Below are positions 16,944-23,605 of a stretch of DNA of 23,605 nucleotides, in pieces (the first letter of the stretch is position 1; each line of letters begins with the position of its first letter). Both the position numbers and the translations under genes were made by a program. The notes beneath the pieces were generated by a model. That model searched no databases. It worked only from the letters and a program-made list of their open reading frames with translations, and was not told the DNA's origin. Origin of the DNA: Fibrobacteria bacterium (GTDB lineage Bacteria; Fibrobacterota; Fibrobacteria; UBA11236); assembly GCA_041746255.1 (NCBI GenBank), contig JBGTHM010000112.1:1-23605 (forward strand), written 5' to 3'.

Positions 16944-18122
16944 CTAAATCAAGTTATCGTCGACATCGGCGCTATAGTCGACGCCTTCTACTCCGAAGCC
17001 GAACAATCGGAGAAAGTCTTCACGGTATCCCTGGATATCGGTCAAGCTAAGCACATTGCTCGTTTCCAGCAGCGGCCACAAGCGCTCCACTTCCTTTTGC
17101 ACGTCTTCGAGCATCTCCCAATCGTCGACGCGGATACGGCCTTCGGAGTCGACGGGAATTTCCTTTCCCGAATAGAGCTTTTCCCGGAACAGGCGATCCA
17201 TCTGCTCTAAATAGCCTTCGTGAACGCCCTTTTCCTTCATCACGCGGTAAAGAACGCTGATATACAAAGGCATGACGGGAATGGCGGAACTGGCTTGCGT
17301 CACAACGGCCTTATTCACGGAAACAAAGGCTCTTCCACCCTTGGCCTGCATTTTGGCCTGAAGCTTATGGGCGGTTCTTTCCAAGTGATTTTTGGCGGCT
17401 CCAATGGTGCCGTTCCGGTAAACCGGTACGGTAATGGAGGGCCCGATATACGAATACGCCACGGTCAGGGCGCCCGGAGCCAGCACTCCGGCGGCCTCCA
17501 AGGCATCCATCCACATCTCCCAGTCTTCGCCTCCCATAACGTCTATGGTTTGCCGGACTTCTTCTTCACTCGCGGCTTCGAGAAAAATCTCCCCCACCAC
17601 TCCGGAATTCACGTCCAGGGTTTTGCTGGTAAAACTTTGGCCGATGGGCTTTAAAGTGGAGCGTGAGGCTTCTCCCGTTTTGGGTAAGACTCGCCGCGGA
17701 GCCGCCAGACTGTAAATGACCGTGTCGACGGTTCCCAAGTCTTGTTTAATGGTCGCAATGGCTTGCTGTTTGATTTCATCGGAAAAGGCATCGCCATTGA
17801 TGCTTTTCGCGTAAGTGCCTTCTTTCTGCGCTTTGACTTCCAAGGCGCGCGATTGGTAGAAGCCCGGCGTGGCGGTGCGGCCCTTTTCGGCTTCCCGCTC
17901 GAAGTAAATACCCAGGGTGTCGGCGCCGCAGCCGAAGGCCAAAGCCACGCGCGAAGCCATGCCATATCCTGTAGAAGCACCGATAATCAGGGCCTTTTTG
18001 GACCCTCCCTGAATGGGGCCCTTTTTGCGCACCTTGTCGATTTGCTGCTGCAATTGAACTTCACACCCCACCGGATGTGCGGTGGTACAGATAAATCCCC
18101 TGATTTTGGGCTCTATTTTCAT
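16944..18122 (-). CDS. fabV: Enoyl-ACP / trans-2-enoyl-CoA reductase FabV
   Basis: MKIEPKIRGFICTTAHPVGC, GASTGYG, YSLAAPRR, VMGGEDW, YRNGTIGAAK (Y-x8-K), FGFGVEGVDY. Start set at ATG 18122. Confidence 0.95.
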   Translation of the reverse strand: MKIEPKIRGFICTTAHPVGCEVQLQQQIDKVRKKGPIQGGSKKALIIGASTGYGMASRVALAFGCGADTLGIYFEREAEKGRTATPGFYQSRALEVKAQKEGTYAKSINGDAFSDEIKQQAIATIKQDLGTVDTVIYSLAAPRRVLPKTGEASRSTLKPIGQSFTSKTLDVNSGVVGEIFLEAASEEEVRQTIDVMGGEDWEMWMDALEAAGVLAPGALTVAYSYIGPSITVPVYRNGTIGAAKNHLERTAHKLQAKMQAKGGRAFVSVNKAVVTQASSAIPVMPLYISVLYRVMKEKGVHEGYLEQMDRLFREKLYSGKEIPVDSEGRIRVDDWEMLEDVQKEVERLWPLLETSNVLSLTDIQGYREDFLRLFGFGVEGVDYSADVDDNLI

Positions 18123-18315
18123 GAGGTCTACTTCCTTTGCCCGGCGGGCGCGATAGAGCTTCCATAAATAGGAATTATTCCGGGCTTTTAAAACGTTCGA
18201 TTTGGGAAAGCCCACAGCGCGTGGAGCCATCGGGAGAAAAGACTATTTTTCCAACCCTCACCATCTCGGGTGCCGGACGCATCGCGGACGGTCTAAAAGC
18301 AGCGAAAGGGATTTT

Positions 18316-19431
18316 ATGAAGCTGGAAGCCAACAAAGCGGCCTTGCTCAGCGCCGTGCAAATGGCCTGCAACGCCATTCCCAATAAAACCACCCTGCAGG
18401 TGCTGTACAATCTCATGCTCAAATTGAGAGGCAATGTCCTGGAAATTACGGCAACCGATCTCGATCTCACTATCGCGCAATCGTTGGAAGTGCAGGGATA
18501 CGAAGACGGAGAAATCGTGATCAACGCCCGCAAGCTTCTGGAAGTGATCCGCGAGCTGCCGGACTTCCCCGTGATCATCGGCGTGGACGAATACGTGGTG
18601 ACCATCAAATCGGAATCGGGGTTCCAATGTAACCTGACGGGATATGACCATAGCGAATACCCTTCTCTTCCCGAAGTGGAGGAAAAGCACGCGGCGGAAA
18701 TCTCCCTTAAAAATCTCCGTCGCCTGCATGAAAAAACCGCCTTCGCGGTATCCACCGATTTCACGCGCATCAGTCTGACCGGCATTTATTGGGAGTTCAA
18801 AAAAGGACGCATGCAAATGGCTGCCACCGACGGACACCGTCTGGGTAAAGCCTGGGTCGAGGCCGAAACGCCTTTCGAAGAAGCCATTATCCTTCCGCCC
18901 AAGGCGCTGAGCCAGGTACTCAACATGGCCGAGGATCCCGACAGCGCCATCCGCGTCAAAATCGGACCCGCCAACGCCCAATTTTCCGGCGAAAACGTGA
19001 CGATTTATACAAAACTTATCGAAGGGCCTTATCCCAATTACGAAAACTTCATTCCCAAAGAATTCACCAAGCGCCTCAAAGCGGACAGGGAGGATTTGAT
19101 GGGCGTACTCCGGCGCGTGGCCACCATGGCCAGCACCAAAAACCGCCTGGTGGTATTCGGCATGCAGGATGGACGGCTGACCCTCTCCGCCAAGAACCAG
19201 GATTTGGGCGGCGATTCGGAAGAAGCCTTGAACGTTTCCTACGAAGGCGACGCCATGGAAGTGGGAGTCAACGCGGGCTACTTGCAGGAAATCCTGCGCA
19301 TGTGCCAATCCGAAGAGGTGCTGCTTAAGTTCACCAATCCCTTGGGCGCCATCATCGTGGAGCCGGTGGGCGCCACCGTCGATTATTTCTTCCTGGTCAT
19401 GCCCCTGCGTATTCTCAGCGAACCGGGTTAA
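18316..19431 (+). CDS. dnaN: DNA polymerase III beta sliding clamp
   Basis: ATDLDL, AATDGHRL, KLIEGPYPNYENFIP, VMPLR; ATG 18316 preceded by AAAGGG SD. Confidence 0.97.
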   Translation: MKLEANKAALLSAVQMACNAIPNKTTLQVLYNLMLKLRGNVLEITATDLDLTIAQSLEVQGYEDGEIVINARKLLEVIRELPDFPVIIGVDEYVVTIKSESGFQCNLTGYDHSEYPSLPEVEEKHAAEISLKNLRRLHEKTAFAVSTDFTRISLTGIYWEFKKGRMQMAATDGHRLGKAWVEAETPFEEAIILPPKALSQVLNMAEDPDSAIRVKIGPANAQFSGENVTIYTKLIEGPYPNYENFIPKEFTKRLKADREDLMGVLRRVATMASTKNRLVVFGMQDGRLTLSAKNQDLGGDSEEALNVSYEGDAMEVGVNAGYLQEILRMCQSEEVLLKFTNPLGAIIVEPVGATVDYFFLVMPLRILSEPG

Positions 19432-19484
19432 GGCGGCTGGAACTCAAAAGCTCCTGTCGCAATGCGCTGGCGACATTTGCGATA

Positions 19485-20792
19485 ATGGGTTTGGTGAATT
19501 CTCTCCTTTTGACCCCACGCATTCCCAGGCTCGCCCTTCGTTTTTTGGCGTTGCTGGGAATTTTTCTTGGGGGGCTTTCCACCACTCACGCGCAAACCTC
19601 GGTTTCAGGGTTTCGGGAGTTACCGCTGGGCCCCGCGCGCATCGGCTTCTCCGGTGGCGGTTCGGCCGCCCTTACAGGCGTGCAAGCCCTTTTCGCCAAC
19701 CCGGCCGCCTTGCAGCCCCTGGCCCGCCATCAAGCTGAAGTTTCCTTGCTGGATTTTGCCAGCTTCCCCTCTCTTTATGCCGGCTATGCAGCGCGCACCG
19801 CGCTGGAATCCGGCTATGCTTTATCCGCTTTTCGCGATGGGCGGGAAAGTGGAGCGGGCGGGGAGGCCCGCCAAGGCTTGTTGGCCGGCTTGGCTTATGG
19901 ACCTCCGGATCTGTTTTCGCTGGGCGTGGTATTTGTCAGCCAAAGCGTCGGGAAAAATGTCGGCATCGATTTTCATACCGGAGTCATGCTCAAACCCCTT
20001 CCCGGATGGCAGGTGAACGCCGTTTGGAGGAATGTGTTGGAATCCGGAATCGGTCATCCTCCCCATGATTATCCGGCAAAACGCGCTGTGCAAATAGGAA
20101 CCGGATATGCCATTGATCCGGGTCGATGGAAGGGGCGGGAGTCCGGAAATTTCCGAGGCTTTTTGATGTACGACTTAAACATGGATCCCCTCCCCCAATC
20201 ACGCTTTGCCCATATATGGGCCCTGCAAACGGAGTTTTTTCCGGATCGTAGTTTGGGCTTGGGGGTAAGCTGGCGGATCCCTCCCGAAGAAAACGATTCG
20301 CTGCCACGTTATGGCGCTTCACTTTCGATGGCCTTTCCGCTGGAGCGACATTTGTTGGTATGCCGTTACGGCCTCTCCTTCCAGGAGAACAATAACCGGC
20401 CTTCGCAATCGTTAGCGCTTACCTTCGATTTTTTCCGGGAATCCGAACCCGTGGTTTCCGGATTGGCGGTTCGTTTGAACCACCCTCTTCGGGTGTTGGG
20501 CGAAGCGGAAAAACCGCTGTATTTTCACCTGGTGGTAGAGGGGTATCGCGAGGTGAGGGATTGGACCTTGGTGTTGGCGGCATCCGATGAAAAAGGCCGA
20601 CCTCAGGAAACGGTGCATTCTTTTTCCGGTCGGGAATTGCCTCCACGGAGCATCCGTTGGGACGGAAAGGATGACCAAAACCGGGATTTGCCGGTGGGAT
20701 TTTATGTCTATCGGTTGGAAGCCTCGGATGAACGCGGCCGCAAAAGCTACACCCGCTGGCAAATGCTTGAAGTTACGCTGCTAAAGCCCTGA
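19485..20792 (+). CDS. Exported protein: PorV/FadL-like beta-barrel N-terminal region plus C-terminal FlgD Ig-like domain
   Basis: Signal peptide (THA-Q); GPARIGFSGG..ALFANPAAL resembles the PorV/FadL N-terminal motif; amphipathic strands; C-terminal IRWDGKDDQNRDLPVGFYVYRLEASD. Confidence 0.6.
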   Translation: MGLVNSLLLTPRIPRLALRFLALLGIFLGGLSTTHAQTSVSGFRELPLGPARIGFSGGGSAALTGVQALFANPAALQPLARHQAEVSLLDFASFPSLYAGYAARTALESGYALSAFRDGRESGAGGEARQGLLAGLAYGPPDLFSLGVVFVSQSVGKNVGIDFHTGVMLKPLPGWQVNAVWRNVLESGIGHPPHDYPAKRAVQIGTGYAIDPGRWKGRESGNFRGFLMYDLNMDPLPQSRFAHIWALQTEFFPDRSLGLGVSWRIPPEENDSLPRYGASLSMAFPLERHLLVCRYGLSFQENNNRPSQSLALTFDFFRESEPVVSGLAVRLNHPLRVLGEAEKPLYFHLVVEGYREVRDWTLVLAASDEKGRPQETVHSFSGRELPPRSIRWDGKDDQNRDLPVGFYVYRLEASDERGRKSYTRWQMLEVTLLKP

Positions 20793-20923
20793 GGCGCTTC
20801 CAGCGGTTGCCGCCACCTAACCCAGATCACCCTCCAAATTGCTACTTTCCACCTCTGCCCGGGCTACCTGTTTGCGGGTTGCCCATCTCGAATAAAATGA
20901 CCGGGACGGAGATTTTCCCAAGC

Positions 20924-22024
20924 GTGCATATCCGCAGTTTATACCTCCGGCAATTCCGTAATTACGACGAACTTTCCTTGGAATTCTCCCCGCGTGTCAA
21001 CTTGATAACGGGGCTCAACGGCCATGGCAAAACCAATTTGTTGGAGGCCATTCACTATCTCTGTTTGGCCCATTCACCGCGAACCCGTAAGGATAAGGAG
21101 CTGATCCGATGGGAGGCGGCTTGCTTTGCCCTACGTCTGGAGGGCGAATCGAAAAACGCGGAGCATGTCCAGGGTGTGCAATATTCCGAAAACGGGGAAA
21201 AGCGAGTGAAGGTGGACGGGGCGGAAAGCCGCAAACTATCCGATCTGATAGGCGCATTTCCACTGGTCTCCTTCAGTCCCGACGACATCGACTTGGTAAG
21301 AGGGTCCCCCGGATTGCGAAGGCGCTTCCTGGATGTACTCCTGTGCCAATTCGCACCGGAATACCTGGATAATCTCCGGCGGTATACCCAAGCCTTGAAG
21401 CAGAGGAATAACCTCCTGAAAAACCGGCATCAACCGGATGAAACCCTTTTGGAAGTCTATGGGGAACAATTGGTGGAAAGCGGGTCGGTGTTGACCCTGT
21501 TGCGCAAGCGCCTCTTGCAAGGATTCGCCTCTGAATGCCGCGGAAGTTATGCGCAGATCGGAGGTGGGCGGGAGACCCTCGCCCTGGCATTGGAATGCCC
21601 GTATTCCCAAGCAGATGACCTGGAAGGGTTGCGAAAGGATTTTTCCCGGAAAATGGCGGAAATAAGGGCGCAGGAGCGTATGCAGGGCACTTCGCTCATT
21701 GGTCCCCATCGGGAGGATTTACTACTTTTCCTGAACGAAAAACGGGTTCGGGAATACGGATCACAAGGCCAAAAAAGGTCGGTGGCATTAAGCCTTAAAA
21801 TGGCCGCGGTAAGGGTGCTGGAAGAGAAATATTCCGAGCCCCCCATCCTGCTTTTGGACGACGTTTTTGCCGAATTGGACGAAACACGTAGAGCGCGCAT
21901 CGGTGAAATGCTCGCGGGTAAAGGCCAGGTATTCATCGCTTCGCCCAATCCCGACGAACTGCCATTCGCGGTACAAAAAAGCATCCGGATGCAAAATGGA
22001 AATGTCGTTGAGGTGACCCCATGA
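20924..22024 (+). CDS. recF: DNA replication/repair protein RecF
   Basis: FRNY, GLNGHGKTNLLEAI, RRRFLD, GPHREDL, SQGQKR, LLLDDVFAELD. Start GTG 20924 (alternative ATG 20897). Confidence 0.97.
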   Translation: MHIRSLYLRQFRNYDELSLEFSPRVNLITGLNGHGKTNLLEAIHYLCLAHSPRTRKDKELIRWEAACFALRLEGESKNAEHVQGVQYSENGEKRVKVDGAESRKLSDLIGAFPLVSFSPDDIDLVRGSPGLRRRFLDVLLCQFAPEYLDNLRRYTQALKQRNNLLKNRHQPDETLLEVYGEQLVESGSVLTLLRKRLLQGFASECRGSYAQIGGGRETLALALECPYSQADDLEGLRKDFSRKMAEIRAQERMQGTSLIGPHREDLLLFLNEKRVREYGSQGQKRSVALSLKMAAVRVLEEKYSEPPILLLDDVFAELDETRRARIGEMLAGKGQVFIASPNPDELPFAVQKSIRMQNGNVVEVTP

Positions 22025-22314
22025 GCGGAGCCCGCAACTGGATATCCATTTCGACGGCCGTGCGGGGCGTGCTGGAAAAGGCGGGTTTAGGTTATATCGT
22101 CTACGAAGCCCGTCTGCGAGAGCATTGGGCCGAATTGATGGGTGCACGGGCGGTGGAAATGGCGGAGCTGGATTCATTCCGCGACTTCAAGCTCAAGGTT
22201 CGGGTCAAGCACTCCGCTTGGAGGCAGGAATTGCATTTTGAACGGGAAGAAATCCGCCTTCGGGCGAATCAGATTCTGGGTCTTGATCTCGTGCGCGAGG
22301 TCATCCTGGTATAG
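22021..22314 (+). CDS. dciA: DciA / DUF721 family protein (helicase loader)
   Basis: HWAELMG, LKVRVKHSAWRQEL motifs; typical recF-DUF721-gyrB synteny; ATGA overlap with recF. Confidence 0.85.
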   Translation: MSGARNWISISTAVRGVLEKAGLGYIVYEARLREHWAELMGARAVEMAELDSFRDFKLKVRVKHSAWRQELHFEREEIRLRANQILGLDLVREVILV

Positions 22315-22375
22315 GGCGGAACCTTAGCGTAATCGCTGTTCCGTCGTCATTGTCATTTGAAATCGAGGTAAAGGC

Positions 22376-23605
22376 ATGTCCGAAGTCAGAAAATACCAAG
22401 CCAGCGACATCACGGTTCTGGAAGGACTGGAGGCGGTACGCAAGCGTCCCGCCATGTATATCGGCTCCACCGATGCGCGCGGGTTGCACCATCTGGTATA
22501 CGAAGTGGTCGACAACTCGGTGGACGAAGCCCTGGCCGGATATTGCACGAACATATCGGTTGCGATTACCAAAGAGGGCGGCGTAAGGGTTGAGGATAAC
22601 GGCCGCGGGATTCCCACGGAAATCCACCCCACGGAAAACATCGGCACGGTCGAGTTGGTCATGACCAAATTGCATGCCGGGGGAAAGTTCAGCCACGACA
22701 CCTACAAAGTATCGGCGGGGTTGCATGGCGTAGGCGTTTCTTGCGTCAACGCCTTGGCCAGGGAAATGGTGGTGACGGTTTTCCGCGAGGGCAAAGAGTT
22801 CGAACAAACTTTCCGCCGGGGCGCTCCCCAGGGACCGGGTGCGATTAAGGGGGATACCGACAAACGCGGTACCCAGATTTACTTCATACCCGACGGCGAA
22901 ATTTTCACCGACCTCGAATATAATTTCGATACCTTAAGCTCCCGCTTACGCGAGCTGGCTTTTCTGAACTCCGGCCTCACCATCACCATTGCGGACGAAA
23001 GGTTCGAGGACAAACACCACGAATTCTGTTTTCCCGGCGGTATTTCCGCGTTTATCGAATACATCGATCACAACAAAAAACCCATCATGGACAAGCCCAT
23101 CCACATCCTGCGGGAAGAGGCGAACGTGCCGGTGGAAATCGCTTTGCGCTATAATGAAGGCTTCAACGAAAGCCTATTCTCCTTCGTGAACAACGTGAAT
23201 ACGGTGGACGGAGGAACCCATGTGGTGGGTTTCAAGTCGGCTCTCACCCGCTCCATCAACAACAAGGCCAAGGAACTGCTCCCCAAGAACCGGAAATTGG
23301 ATTTGACCTTGACGGGCGACGACGTGCGCGAAGGCCTCACCGCCGTAATTTCCGTGAAGGTGCTGGAGCCGCAATTCGAAGGCCAGACCAAACACAAGTT
23401 GGGCAACAACGAGGTGAAGGGCATTGTCGAAACGGCGGCGTTCGAAATGCTGAGCACCTTTTTCGAAGAGAACCCGGGCATCGCCCGAAAGATCGTGGAA
23501 AAGGTGTACAACGCGGCGGTGGCCCGCGAGGCCGCGCGCAAGGCCCGGCAATTGGCGCGGCGCAAGAGCGTGCTCGAAGGCGGCGGGCTTCCCGGGAAGC
23601 TGGCC
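22376..23605 (+). CDS. gyrB: DNA gyrase subunit B (5' part, runs off window end)
   Basis: Hand translation MSEVRKYQASDITVLEGLEAVRKRPAMYIGSTDARGLHHLVYEVVDNSVDEALAG, DNGRGIP, GGLHGVGVSCVNAL, PQFEGQTK, LPGKLA. Confidence 0.97.
   Translation, partial: MSEVRKYQASDITVLEGLEAVRKRPAMYIGSTDARGLHHLVYEVVDNSVDEALAGYCTNISVAITKEGGVRVEDNGRGIPTEIHPTENIGTVELVMTKLHAGGKFSHDTYKVSAGLHGVGVSCVNALAREMVVTVFREGKEFEQTFRRGAPQGPGAIKGDTDKRGTQIYFIPDGEIFTDLEYNFDTLSSRLRELAFLNSGLTITIADERFEDKHHEFCFPGGISAFIEYIDHNKKPIMDKPIHILREEANVPVEIALRYNEGFNESLFSFVNNVNTVDGGTHVVGFKSALTRSINNKAKELLPKNRKLDLTLTGDDVREGLTAVISVKVLEPQFEGQTKHKLGNNEVKGIVETAAFEMLSTFFEENPGIARKIVEKVYNAAVAREAARKARQLARRKSVLEGGGLPGKLA

Noticed and set aside
18123..18315. Possible oriC upstream of dnaN, and overlapping long starts for fabV (18230) and dnaN (18202)
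   Set aside because: No DnaA boxes or clear unwinding element seen; family-typical N-termini begin at 18122 and 18316.
18175..19308. 377-aa ORF antisense to dnaN (similarly 14016-16406 antisense to tex and 4212-4850 antisense to yidC)
   Set aside because: Fully overlap well-supported conserved genes; shadow ORFs.
1..23605. CRISPR array, rRNA, transposase or prophage genes
   Set aside because: No repeat-spacer periodicity or corresponding motifs seen.

Overview
Origin-proximal bacterial chromosome segment. An FCB-group organism (Fibrobacterota-like) is inferred from the short RpoD-type sigma, the double-GntR/LacI regulator and a PorV-like/FlgD protein; this is not certain. The window opens with a perfect parS palindrome and a ~185-bp MITE-like inverted-repeat element. 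It holds both classic oriC-flanking blocks, rpmH-rnpA-yidD-yidC-mnmE and dnaN-(insert)-recF-dciA-gyrB, but they are co-oriented, ~11 kb apart, and I found no dnaA or DnaA boxes. Between them lie a Schlafen/AlbA_2 gene at the mnmE 3' end, a tightly coupled minus-strand operon, a sigma-70 paralogue, tex, tRNA-Met, a lipoprotein and fabV. The operon reads hldE -> small protein with the motifs of eukaryotic phosphohistidine phosphatase PHPT1/Janus -> HExxH zinc metallopeptidase -> Ddl-like ATP-grasp ligase. The PHPT1-like gene and its operon are the best candidate for an undescribed system. All family calls come from motif recognition by eye, not database searches.
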